This document shows positions 1 to 9,204 of a stretch of DNA of 64,000 nucleotides, one piece after another. This DNA comes from an uncultured Verrucomicrobiae bacterium (lineage in GTDB: Bacteria; Verrucomicrobiota; Verrucomicrobiia; Limisphaerales; JAFGQR01). A program made the translations under genes and the position numbers. How positions within the stretch are numbered: position 1 is the stretch's first letter; each line of letters opens with the position of its first letter. The notes under the pieces are model-generated. The model ran no database searches. It saw only the letters and a list, made by a program, of their open reading frames with translations, and had not been told where the DNA came from. The DNA is taken from NCBI GenBank assembly GCA_963788655.1, contig CAWBHS010000060.1:224001-288000 (forward strand). Direction: 5' to 3'.

Positions 1-42
1 GGCGACGGATGAATTCCGTTTCGCCAGAACCAAGCCTACATT

Positions 43-843
43 ATGAAACGACGCGATTTTCTCAAAACCTCTCTGGCCGCTTCCGCGCTGGCCGGCCTGG
101 CTCCCGCCAGCCGGGCCGTGGGTGCCGAACCAACTGGCCCCACTGGGCGCGACTATTATGAACTGCGCGCCTATCATCTCCAGGAAGGCGCCAACCATGA
201 CCTGTTGGACGCTTACCTTGGGCAAGCCGCGATCCCGGCTTGGAACCGGCTTGGCATCAAACTGGTCGGCGCGTTCACGGAAATGGAAGCCAAAGATGCG
301 CCGACAGTTTATGTGCTTATTCCGTATCCCTCGCTCGAAGCATTCGCCACGGCATCCGCCCGGCTGAACGCCGATTCCGAATATCAGCGAGCGGCGGCAC
401 CGTATCGGCAAACGCCGAAGTCGAAGGCCGCGTTCCAACGGATTGATAGTTGGCTGCTGCTGGCGTTTGCCGGGATGCCCAAATTGGAATTGCCCGCGTA
501 TTCGAGGGAGAAGCAACCGCGCCTGTTCGAGTTGCGCACGTACGAGAGCTACAGCGAGGCGAAGGCGCAGAAGAAGGTGGAGATGTTCAACGCGGGCGAA
601 ATCGACACCATGCGCGAAGTGGGTCTGGGGCCCATCTTTTACGGGCAAACATTGGTGGGGCGCGACTTGCCGCATTTGATGTACATGACCTCCGGTGAGA
701 ACCGCGAACTGCACCAGCAGCATTGGGATGCGTTCGGCAAACATCCGGTCTGGAAGCAACTCCTGGCCGATCCCCAATACGCCGACACCGTTTCGAAAGC
801 CACCAAACATTTCCTAACGCCGACCGCCTACTCCCAGATATAA
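43..843 (+). CDS. Tat-exported NIPSNAP family protein (two NIPSNAP-like domains)
   Basis: The N-terminus MKRRDFLK followed by an Ala-rich helix is a twin-arginine signal. Two YELRxY/FELRTY starts and the C-terminal FLTPTAYSQI are typical of bacterial NIPSNAP proteins. Confidence 0.85.
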   Translation: MKRRDFLKTSLAASALAGLAPASRAVGAEPTGPTGRDYYELRAYHLQEGANHDLLDAYLGQAAIPAWNRLGIKLVGAFTEMEAKDAPTVYVLIPYPSLEAFATASARLNADSEYQRAAAPYRQTPKSKAAFQRIDSWLLLAFAGMPKLELPAYSREKQPRLFELRTYESYSEAKAQKKVEMFNAGEIDTMREVGLGPIFYGQTLVGRDLPHLMYMTSGENRELHQQHWDAFGKHPVWKQLLADPQYADTVSKATKHFLTPTAYSQI

Positions 844-957
844 CGTGCTGCCGGGATCCTGCCGGCAGTTTGGAACGGCCCGCTCGATGGTTTGCGGGCG
901 CACTTCATTGGGTGAGTCATTTGCTTCCGTGTCTGCCGATGCAGCGTTGACAACACC
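842..957 (+). repeat. REP/REPIN-like palindromic element, copy 1 (right end degenerate)
   Basis: AACGTGCTGCCGGGATCCTGCCGGCAGTTTGGAACGG matches the left ends at 19398 and 25741. The right end TCTGCCGATGCAGCGTTGACAACAC is degenerate. It lies between convergent genes. Confidence 0.7.
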
Positions 958-990
958 GTGTTCCAGGTCGTTCCGAGTCGTTGGACGCGA

Positions 991-1539
991 TTACGTCGCG
1001 GCTCCCAGGCGACGCAATCCCAACGCCACCACCGTCGCCCAGGGAAGGACCTTGAACTCGCCCGCATCCAGGGCGCGTTCGAGTTCGGGACGGGTCAACA
1101 AGAGAAGCTGTTGTTCCTCCAAGTCGTCTTCCAGCGGTGGCGCCACCGGCCGGGCGTGTCGGGCCAAAAAGGAATAAGCCTGACCGGCGCCGCGATTGGC
1201 ATCCACCGCCCAGGCGCCCAGCGGAATCCATTCCTCGGCCGCGTAACCGGTTTCCTCGAGCAACTCCCGCTTGGCGGCGGCTTCCGGAGATTCATGCGGT
1301 TCGAGGAAACCGCCAACCGGCGCCAGCGAGGTGCCGTTGACGGCGTATTTGGTTTGCCGAAAACAGGGAAACAGCCCGTCGGTCGTTTCGGCCAAAATGT
1401 TCACGTAGTCCGGAGTGATGATCCACGCCCAATCGGAAAGCGTGCGGCCGTCCGGCAGTTCCAGTTCGTGCAGTTCGACGGTCAGGAATCGCTCAACCTC
1501 CAGCACCTTCCGGCGGGAAACGGTTTTCCAAGGCTTCAT
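991..1539 (-). CDS. Nudix hydrolase (ADP-ribose pyrophosphatase-like)
   Basis: Nudix box GGFLEPHESPEAAAKRELLEETGY. Confidence 0.9.
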   Translation of the reverse strand: MKPWKTVSRRKVLEVERFLTVELHELELPDGRTLSDWAWIITPDYVNILAETTDGLFPCFRQTKYAVNGTSLAPVGGFLEPHESPEAAAKRELLEETGYAAEEWIPLGAWAVDANRGAGQAYSFLARHARPVAPPLEDDLEEQQLLLLTRPELERALDAGEFKVLPWATVVALGLRRLGAAT

Positions 1540-1542
1540 GGT

Positions 1543-2433
1543 TCAATGCGGCGACGAACCTTTGCCGCGTCCGCCAAAGGTCAGTTCCGATACGCCTGAT
1601 TTGTCCAGCTCACCCAGACCCGCCTTGATCATCCGGTCATATTGCTTTTTCGTGGCGGCCGCCAGCGGCAGGTTGAGCCTTGGTTGCCGGGCCAGTTGCA
1701 GAGCGATACCGGAATCTTTGGCCGCGTGCGCGGCGGAAAAGAAACAGGTGTGCTCGCGGTTTTGCATATCTTCCCCGTCGGTTTCCAGCACCCGCGAATG
1801 AGCGCCGGTTTGGGAAAACACCTCGCGCAACATCGTCAGGTCCAATCCCAAAGCGTCCCCCAACGCCAGCCCCTCGGCCAGCGCCGCGGTGTTCATATTC
1901 ATCACCATGTTCACCAGCGCCTTGACCTTGGCCGCCTCCCCGGCGGGACCAACGTAGCGCATCGACGCGCTTAGTTTTTCGAGGACGGGACGGGCGCGTT
2001 CGAACCCTGCCGGTTGGCCGCCGCACATCAAATACAAAGTGCCCTGCCGCGCCTGCGGAATGCTGGAAGCCATGCAAGCTTCGAGCGATTGCGCCCCAAT
2101 TTTCGCGGTCTTGCCCTCCACCCAAACATGCATCGCCGGGCTAACGGTGGCACAGTTGATGAATAACTTCCCGCGCGCGCGGGCCAGCAGTCCGCCCTTG
2201 AAAATGGCTTTCATGGCCCGGTCATCGCTGACCACGGTGAAGATGATTTCCGCCAGCGCCGTGACTTGTTTCAATTCCGTGCAGATGGCTGCCTCCAGTT
2301 CCTTCCCGACAGCAATTGCGACCGGGCTGTTCGCATCAAACACGGCGGCGATTTCGAAGCCGCACTCTTTGAGCCGCCGCGCCATGTTGGCGCCCATGCG
2401 GCCTACTCCGACAAATCCGATTTTCTCTGGCAT
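1543..2433 (-). CDS. NAD(P)-dependent beta-hydroxyacid dehydrogenase (3-hydroxyisobutyrate dehydrogenase family)
   Basis: IGFVGVGRMGANMARRL Rossmann motif and KVKALVN catalytic Lys region. Start trimmed to ATG 2433 (MPEKIGF). Confidence 0.88.
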   Translation of the reverse strand: MPEKIGFVGVGRMGANMARRLKECGFEIAAVFDANSPVAIAVGKELEAAICTELKQVTALAEIIFTVVSDDRAMKAIFKGGLLARARGKLFINCATVSPAMHVWVEGKTAKIGAQSLEACMASSIPQARQGTLYLMCGGQPAGFERARPVLEKLSASMRYVGPAGEAAKVKALVNMVMNMNTAALAEGLALGDALGLDLTMLREVFSQTGAHSRVLETDGEDMQNREHTCFFSAAHAAKDSGIALQLARQPRLNLPLAAATKKQYDRMIKAGLGELDKSGVSELTFGGRGKGSSPH

Positions 2434-2546
2434 AGGCTGATGTGGTTGAATGTTCGCGGGGCGGGCAGGCGCGTGTTTCCGGGCTCGCCGCCTGAGCATC
2501 CTGCCAGAACTGATTGGGGCTTCAAGCCCAACTGTCGCCGAGTGCT

Positions 2547-3788
2547 TCAGGCGTCCGCGTACTGAATTTGTTCCACCGTCTGCCAGGCGATTTCCAGCTC
2601 TTCATTCGTGGGAATGACGAGCACTTTAACGGGACTGGTATCGTTCTGAATCTCGAAGGGGCCTGCGACCGCCACCTGGTTCTTCGCCTCGTCAACGCCA
2701 ATGCCAAACGATTCCAGCCCGCGACAGGTTTCCAGGCGAATGAGCGGGGCATTCTCCCCAATGCCGCCGGTGAACACCAATCCGTCCAGCCGTCCCAACA
2801 CAGCCAGGTAGGCGCCGATGTATTTCTTGAGCCGGTAGCAAAAGACCTCGACCGCCAGGCGGGCACGGGGATCGCCACTTTGATAACGTTGCAGAATCTC
2901 GCGCATATCATTGGCGCCGCACAGTCCCTTCAAACCGCTCTCGGTGTTGAGCAGAGTTTCCACCGCCTCGCCACTCATTTCCGCAACGCGACTCAGGTGA
3001 AATGGCAGCGCTGGATCCGCATCACCGCAACGAGTGCCCATGACCAGACCCTCGAGCGGGGTCAATCCCATCGAGGTGTCCACACACTGGCCCAGGCGAA
3101 TGGCCGCGGCGCTGGAGCCGTTGCCCAGGTGCAGCGTGATGAGGTTCAACGAGGCGAGGGGCCGGCCCAGGAGTTCGGCCGCCTGTCGCGCCACGTAGCG
3201 ATGCGAGGTGCCATGAAAGCCATAGCGGCGAATGTGAAAACGCGCATACCATTCTTCCGGCACCGCGTAACGAAAGGCATGCGGGGGAATGGTTTGATGG
3301 AACGAGGTATCGAAGACCGCCACCTGCGGCACCTCCGGGTACAAGGCCAGGCACTCTTCAATCGTGGCCAGGTTCGCCGGATTGTGCAGCGGCGCCAGCG
3401 GTATCATTTCGTGAATGCCGCGCAAGACCTCCGCGTTGATTCGCTGCGGATCACGAAATAGTTCCCCCCCGTGGACGACTCGATGTCCAATGCCGTGCAA
3501 CCCACCGTACGCCGCGAGTCCGCCGGCAGCCCGTAAAGCCTGATGGATCATTTTCAGCGCCGCATGATGGTCCGGCACTGCCGGGAGCCATTCGTTTTCC
3601 TCGAGTTCGCCTTGAGAATTCCGCCAACGATGCGTCAGCCGGCTTTGCGGTTCGCCGATCCGCTCCAGCAAACCGGACGCCAGCAACCGGTCCTGCGGCA
3701 AGTCAAAGAACCGATACTTGATGGACGAACTGCCGGAATTGAAGACCAGGATGTTGGTGATGGCACCGTTGCGTTGCAATGAACTCAT
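2547..3788 (-). CDS. ackA: Acetate kinase
   Basis: Motifs ILVFNSGSSSIK, GHRVVHGG, APLHNP, RRYGFHGTSH, HLGNGSS, DTSMGLTPLEGL, FTGGIGEN and IPTNEE. ATG 3788 overlaps the upstream stop (ATGA). Confidence 0.95.
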   Translation of the reverse strand: MSSLQRNGAITNILVFNSGSSSIKYRFFDLPQDRLLASGLLERIGEPQSRLTHRWRNSQGELEENEWLPAVPDHHAALKMIHQALRAAGGLAAYGGLHGIGHRVVHGGELFRDPQRINAEVLRGIHEMIPLAPLHNPANLATIEECLALYPEVPQVAVFDTSFHQTIPPHAFRYAVPEEWYARFHIRRYGFHGTSHRYVARQAAELLGRPLASLNLITLHLGNGSSAAAIRLGQCVDTSMGLTPLEGLVMGTRCGDADPALPFHLSRVAEMSGEAVETLLNTESGLKGLCGANDMREILQRYQSGDPRARLAVEVFCYRLKKYIGAYLAVLGRLDGLVFTGGIGENAPLIRLETCRGLESFGIGVDEAKNQVAVAGPFEIQNDTSPVKVLVIPTNEELEIAWQTVEQIQYADA

Positions 3789-4690
3789 TTCGCCTTCAGC
3801 AACGCTGCTTTGGCCGCTGCGAGTTCCTTCTTCCGCTCGGCGCCGACTACCGGAAACCGCAGGTCCAGCGACCACAGAGCATCGATGATGGCGGCGGCAA
3901 CCACCATGCGCGTGAACCATTTGTGGTCGGCGGGCACAACATACCAGGGGGCATCCTTGGTCGCCGTGTGGCGAATCATGTCTTCGTAGGCTTCCATGTA
4001 GTCATCCCAAAAATCGCGTTCCTTGGCATCCGCCGCGGAGAATTTCCAGTGTTTATCCGGCTGGTCAAGCCGCTCCAGGAACCGTTGCTTCTGTTCTTTG
4101 CGCGAAACGTGCAGGAAGAACTTGCGGATGACCACCCCATTGCGGGTGAGGTAACGTTCGACGTTGCGGATGTCTTCGAAACGATCCTTCCAAAGATGCT
4201 TGCTTACCACGTTCGCCGGCAGTCGTTGGCGGGCCAGCAACTCCTGATGCACACGGACCACCAATACTTCTTCGTAATAGGAACGATTGAAAATGCCGAT
4301 TCGCCCCCGCTCCGGCAACCGCCGCAGGCAACGCCACAGGAAGTCATGGTCCAATTCCTCGGCCGACGGGGCCTTGAACGAACTGACCTGACAGCCCTGC
4401 GGGTTGACCCCGGACATGACGTGTTTAATTGTGCCATCCTTGCCGGCGGCATCCATCGCCTGAAAAATCAGTAGCACCGCCCATCGATCCTGGGCGTATA
4501 GTTTTTCCTGCAATTCGGCCAACGCCTCGACCCCCGTGGCCAGCGCCTCTTGGGCTTTGGGCTTGTCTTCGGACTTCAGGTTAAGCGTGTCGTCGGGATC
4601 GACCGCTTCAAGGCGAAACTCCTTGCCTTTGGCAACGCGAAACGGTTCGGCCAGCCGACGGGCTTTTTGGGCAATCTCTTTTAATTTCAT
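3785..4690 (-). CDS. ppk2: Polyphosphate kinase 2 family protein (class III-like)
   Basis: QAMDAAGKDG Walker A, FNRSYYEEVL Walker B region, WKFSAAD and APWYVVPADHKW. Start trimmed to ATG 4690 (MKLKEI). Confidence 0.92.
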   Translation of the reverse strand: MKLKEIAQKARRLAEPFRVAKGKEFRLEAVDPDDTLNLKSEDKPKAQEALATGVEALAELQEKLYAQDRWAVLLIFQAMDAAGKDGTIKHVMSGVNPQGCQVSSFKAPSAEELDHDFLWRCLRRLPERGRIGIFNRSYYEEVLVVRVHQELLARQRLPANVVSKHLWKDRFEDIRNVERYLTRNGVVIRKFFLHVSRKEQKQRFLERLDQPDKHWKFSAADAKERDFWDDYMEAYEDMIRHTATKDAPWYVVPADHKWFTRMVVAAAIIDALWSLDLRFPVVGAERKKELAAAKAALLKAK

Positions 4691-4978
4691 GGCAGCAACG
4701 CGGTTCTGTTCGCCCCCCTTGTATCGTCCCGGTGCCCGAGTGTCCAGCAAACGCGGGTAGCCGGGGCTGGTCTCATGGATTGCTCTAGCTCGACTACCAC
4801 CAACAGCCACGCGGCGCCAAGTGGAGCGGCGATGAAAGATAAATCAGGTTTCACCCGGACGATCGTTCGACCCGCTCTGCCCCTTGGCGTGCCGAGCCCC
4901 AGGACCGGACAAGCTATTAATGCACGCGGAAGCTGGCACGTTGATGGACCCAGTTTTGGCGCGTTTGGACGCGGCCAA

Positions 4979-5060
4979 CCGGAGATTATCGAACTCCGCT
5001 ACGTAGCGGGCTTGAGCTACACCGAAATCTTGCCATCGCTGAGTTCTGACTGGCATTCCA
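4979..5060 (+). pseudogene. Possible short remnant of an ECF sigma factor region 4
   Basis: The translation PEIIELRYVAGLSYTEI...DW resembles the ELRxFxGLSxxEI..DW helix-turn-helix of PVC-type ECF sigmas. No region 2 is seen upstream. Confidence 0.35.
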
Positions 5061-5109
5061 TTACTTTTTCCATTTTGCGTTTAGGTTGAGACGAATGCGG
5101 GTTTGTATT

Positions 5110-5179
5110 GGAGCTGGACATGCCTGTCCACTCGGCGGGTAGCCGGGGCTGCACCAGCGGACAGGAATGTCCGCGCTCC
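5110..5179. repeat. REP-like inverted doublet (GGAGC-GGACA..CCTGTCC family)
   Basis: GGAGCTGGACATGCCTGTCC (5110-5129) is an imperfect inverted repeat of GGACAGGAATGTCCGCGCTCC (5159-5179). It lies just past the opgH stop. Confidence 0.65.
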
Positions 5180-5189
5180 GCTTGAAGTC

Positions 5190-7298
5190 TCAGCTTGAAC
5201 GCGCCGTGGAATTACTATCCAAATTCACGGCGCCTTCCGTCACTCCCCGGTTTGAAGGCGCCTGGCTGAGCGCTTGAATTGATTCCACGTCCCACAACAA
5301 TTCGCGTTGCTCTTTCGGGAGAAGCGCGGTGGCGCCGAGCGCGCGCAGCTTCAAGCGCAGACCTTCCAGCCGATGTTGCGCCAGCGGGTCCGCCGACGGG
5401 TTCGTTGGTGGCAGCAAGGAAAGGTGGATGGTGCGCACTTCTGCTTCGCGGAGCACCCAATGCAAACCGTCCTTGGCCGTGGCCCAAGGCCGCCCCGCCG
5501 CCGATTCCAGGGCCTGATGAAAACTCCGCAGTATCAGCGGCGGCCAGACTTCTTCGGGGGTTAGAAATAAGCCGCGCGCTCGCGCCCCTTGGCCGACACT
5601 CACTTTACTGGTCCAAGCGGAAAAGGGAATGGCCAACACCCAACCGGCCAGCACCGGGCTCAGCCACCAGAAGAGGGCGCGGTCCTTGGTCCAGAGCAGC
5701 ACCGCCCACACCACGCCCAGCACCACGATGCCCAGGTGCCAGCGGAAGGCTTCGCGCCATTCGGTTTCAACGTCGCCGCGATCTTGCGGCGCCCATTCGA
5801 CTTTGCGGCCGAGCAGGGTCAGAATCACGAAGCGGCTATGGAGCATTGCCAATATCGGAGCCACCAGCACGGAGAAGAGCGTTTCCGCGAAGACGCTGAC
5901 CGTCAATTTCCACGAACCACCAAAGCCCGCGGTGGTGCGGCGCTTTTTGGCCAACCAGCCGATCAGGCTGAGTAACTTGGGCAACAACAGCATGGCCAGC
6001 ACCGAGGTCAGCAACAACATGGCCTGGTTGACGAGCGATACCTGCCACACGGGAAATGGCGATTGATCCGGTCGAAAATAGGTATGACCCAGGAATGCGG
6101 TGCGAAGCCCCTCGGCCGTGCTGAGCAACAACATCAGCATCCACAAGGGCGAGGCCACGTACGACATCACGCCCATGCCCAGATGCACCCGGTTGACCCA
6201 ATTAAGTCCCGGCATCGTCAACAGCCGGGCGTGCTGCAAATTGCCCTGGCACCAGCGACGGTCGCGCGCCGCGTGCCCGATCAGGTTGGCCGGAATCTCC
6301 TCGTAACTGCCGCCCAGTTCCGTGGCCAAATAGACCTTCCAACCCGCCCGCCGGATGAGCGCGGCTTCGACGAAGTCATGGCTCAAGATCGAACCGCCGA
6401 GCGGCTCTTTCCCCGGCAGCTTGGGGAGCCGGCAGTGCTCGACGAACGGCTGAACCCGGATGATGGCGTTGTGGCCCCAGTAATTGGATTCGCCGGCTTG
6501 CCAGTAGTTCAGTCCGGTGATGAACATTGGCCCATAGATCCGTGTGGAAAACTGCAGGAGCCGTCCGAACAAGCTCTGCCGGTTCACGGCGACGGGCGGA
6601 GTCTGGAGGATGCCCACGGTGGGATGTTCCTCCATAAGCCGCACCAGGTTCACCAGGCTCTTGCCGCTCATCAGGCTGTCGGCATCGAACACGACCATGT
6701 AGCGGTATTGCTCGCCCCACGTGGCGCAGAAGTCAGCGATGTTGCCGGCTTTGCGCTCGGTGTTTTCGCGGCGATTGCGATAGAACAGCCGTGCCGGATC
6801 GCTCACTTCCCGGCGCAGATCGTGAAAGGCCATCTCCTCCCGAATCCAGGCATCCGGATCGGTGGTGTCGCTGAGCAGGAAGAAATCGAAGTGTCCCAAC
6901 TGGCCGGTGCGCTCGACGCTTTCATACGTGGCCTTGAGTCCCGCGAACAGCCGTACGGCGTCTTCATTGTACGCGGGCACAACGATCGCGGTGCGAAAGA
7001 TTCTCAAGTCAGTGGGACCGCTCTCCGCCAGCGTGCGCGGCAGCGATAGCACGTCACCGCCTTTGAGTTGCACCACAAATCCAAACACCGCCGTCCAACA
7101 GGACAACGCGATGGGGAAGACCAAGATCACAAACAACGGCAGGATCGGCCACTCGAGCGGATGAAAGCCATTGACCAGCAGCATCTGCAAAGCGCCGTAA
7201 CTGGCCACGGCCGTGGTCGCCACGGCCAAGGTGCCCAAGGTCATCCGGCGGACAATGATATGGCGGCGTCCGAGCGAGAGATGGGGAGCGGTCTTCAT
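5190..7298 (-). CDS. opgH: Osmoregulated periplasmic glucan glucosyltransferase H
   Basis: Motifs PAYNED, RKAGNIADFC, DADSLM, NYWGHNAIIR, LSHDFVEAAL and RDRRWCQGNLQH, plus multiple TM helices. The start could be 7298 (ATG) or 7307. Confidence 0.95.
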   Translation of the reverse strand: MKTAPHLSLGRRHIIVRRMTLGTLAVATTAVASYGALQMLLVNGFHPLEWPILPLFVILVFPIALSCWTAVFGFVVQLKGGDVLSLPRTLAESGPTDLRIFRTAIVVPAYNEDAVRLFAGLKATYESVERTGQLGHFDFFLLSDTTDPDAWIREEMAFHDLRREVSDPARLFYRNRRENTERKAGNIADFCATWGEQYRYMVVFDADSLMSGKSLVNLVRLMEEHPTVGILQTPPVAVNRQSLFGRLLQFSTRIYGPMFITGLNYWQAGESNYWGHNAIIRVQPFVEHCRLPKLPGKEPLGGSILSHDFVEAALIRRAGWKVYLATELGGSYEEIPANLIGHAARDRRWCQGNLQHARLLTMPGLNWVNRVHLGMGVMSYVASPLWMLMLLLSTAEGLRTAFLGHTYFRPDQSPFPVWQVSLVNQAMLLLTSVLAMLLLPKLLSLIGWLAKKRRTTAGFGGSWKLTVSVFAETLFSVLVAPILAMLHSRFVILTLLGRKVEWAPQDRGDVETEWREAFRWHLGIVVLGVVWAVLLWTKDRALFWWLSPVLAGWVLAIPFSAWTSKVSVGQGARARGLFLTPEEVWPPLILRSFHQALESAAGRPWATAKDGLHWVLREAEVRTIHLSLLPPTNPSADPLAQHRLEGLRLKLRALGATALLPKEQRELLWDVESIQALSQAPSNRGVTEGAVNLDSNSTARSS

Positions 7299-7316
7299 CA
7301 CGCACAATCACGGCGG

Positions 7317-8855
7317 TCAGGGTCGGGTAAAATGATAGACCCAGGTTTCGCTGACCACCCGGTCTCCTTGCCGGAGCCAGAGGCGCAGTTCGGCCGGTTC
7401 GTCGCCATCGGGGATCAGGTCAAAAAACGCCCGCCAACCGTCGAGCATCGGGTTGGGCTCGATGACCACGTTTTCCAGCTTGCCTTTGGAAGTCTGCACT
7501 TTCCCTTCGAGCTTCGCTTGGCGGTTCGGATTCGTGAGCGTGCCGCCGGTGAAATCGACCACAAAGCGAGTACGTCCGTCCTTCCCGGACTGAAGCCGCG
7601 TGCTGCGGACGCGCATCAGCGCTGCCGGTGGTCGGTCGGCGTCGTTCAGGAAGGCGCGCAGTTGGTAATGAAAACGAAATTCTTGTCCGGGGGACACCTT
7701 TTGGTCGGGCACCCAGTAGGCGACCATATTGTCGTTACGTTCCTCGGTGGTGGGAATTTCAACCAACTCAACGTGGCCGGTTCCCCAGTTGCCCACCGGC
7801 GCAATCCAATAACTGGGGCGCCGCTCGAAGTGCGCTTCCAAATCCTGATAGTCGTCCCACTCGCGGTCGCGCTGGAGCAGGCCGAAGCCGGCGGTGTTGG
7901 GATAACGGCCGATGTGATGCACCTTGGGCGGATTGATGAGCGGACGCCAATCCCACGATTGCTGGGCGGTTTCCATGAGCAAACCGTCCGCATCGTGGAC
8001 CTCCGGCCGGAAGTCGGGAAAATAGCGGGTGCGATTTTCTCCGAAAAAATACATGCTGGTCAACGGCGCCAGCCCCAGTTTCTTGACTTCGCTGCGCAGG
8101 AACAAACTGACTTTGATGTCCACCAACGTCGCTTCACCGGGCTTGATAAGAAACTGGTAGGCGCCGGCCACCCGCGGGCTTTCCAGGCGGGCATACATAC
8201 GGATTTGCTCCGCCGCCTCGCCGGGTTTCTCGATCCAGAATTTGGTGAACCGCGGAAACTCTTCGCCGCTCGTTTCGGCCGTATCGATGGCCAAGCCCCG
8301 CGCGGAACTGCCGAAATCTTGATGAGCCCCCAGCACGCGAAAGAAGGACGTGCCCAAGAACACCGCCACTTCGTCCATTTTGGCCGGCTGGTTCAGCGGA
8401 TAGAGCACCCGCAATCCGGCCAGAAACAAGTCGGGCGGCAGCGGGTGCGGAAACGAGTGCTGGCCGTAGTCGAACATGTTCGTCGAAAACTGAACCTCCC
8501 GCACTTGGCCGTCCTCCAGCACATGCATGCGCACGGGCTCGCGATAGAGGTAACCGGGATGAAAAAACTGCACCTGGAATCGGCCGGGCTGTCCGTGCCA
8601 AAGCCCTTTGTCGGGCCGGAAATGAATTCCCATGTAAGCATCGTAACTGAGGTTCTTGAGGAAATCCGGCAACGGCGCCGTCGGTTCCTGGTACTTTGCT
8701 TGTGCGGACTCCCGAGCCTGGCTGACCAACCGCTCGAAGAACGCCGGCGGCGACCCTGAGGCCGGCGTCTCCGCCGCGCCGACAAGCTCAGTGCCGAGCG
8801 CCAGTCCGCCCAGGCCCACGATCATTGCGATCATCCGTTGCACTCTAATAACCAT
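7317..8855 (-). CDS. opgG: Periplasmic glucan biosynthesis protein G/D family
   Basis: Signal peptide plus motifs SARGLAIDT, EEFPRF, APLTSMYFFG, RPEVHDADGL, FGLLQRDR and SETWVY. It lies directly upstream of opgH. Confidence 0.92.
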   Translation of the reverse strand: MVIRVQRMIAMIVGLGGLALGTELVGAAETPASGSPPAFFERLVSQARESAQAKYQEPTAPLPDFLKNLSYDAYMGIHFRPDKGLWHGQPGRFQVQFFHPGYLYREPVRMHVLEDGQVREVQFSTNMFDYGQHSFPHPLPPDLFLAGLRVLYPLNQPAKMDEVAVFLGTSFFRVLGAHQDFGSSARGLAIDTAETSGEEFPRFTKFWIEKPGEAAEQIRMYARLESPRVAGAYQFLIKPGEATLVDIKVSLFLRSEVKKLGLAPLTSMYFFGENRTRYFPDFRPEVHDADGLLMETAQQSWDWRPLINPPKVHHIGRYPNTAGFGLLQRDREWDDYQDLEAHFERRPSYWIAPVGNWGTGHVELVEIPTTEERNDNMVAYWVPDQKVSPGQEFRFHYQLRAFLNDADRPPAALMRVRSTRLQSGKDGRTRFVVDFTGGTLTNPNRQAKLEGKVQTSKGKLENVVIEPNPMLDGWRAFFDLIPDGDEPAELRLWLRQGDRVVSETWVYHFTRP

Positions 8856-9204
8856 CGCTGCATCCTTTCATGCTGGAATAGAATACTCCGGTTTGCCGGA
8901 AGCTCAACTGGGACGCGGCTACTGATTTGGCACCGCGGTATTGTTGAGATGCATCTGCAACTTCACCACGGCTGTGGGTAACCAACTTGACCGACGCCGG
9001 TTCCGCTGATTCGCAACTCTCAGCAGTGCCGCCTTGGACGTTCACAGGCGTGGGGTGCTTTCCCTCCGCGCCGCGGAGTCGCGTCGCTCATGGACCCTTG
9101 GCCGGGCGCCGGGTTCCTTCGGCCTCAATCCATCGCTGTGACGTTGCTGTTGGTTTGGCCAGGGCTGAGGGCAAGGCAACGGCGCAAGTAATTGAGATGA
9201 CAGC

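Noticed and set aside
8928..8945. Sigma-54 promoter (TGGCAC) upstream of the orphan gene
   Set aside because: There is no TTGC at the required -12 spacing.
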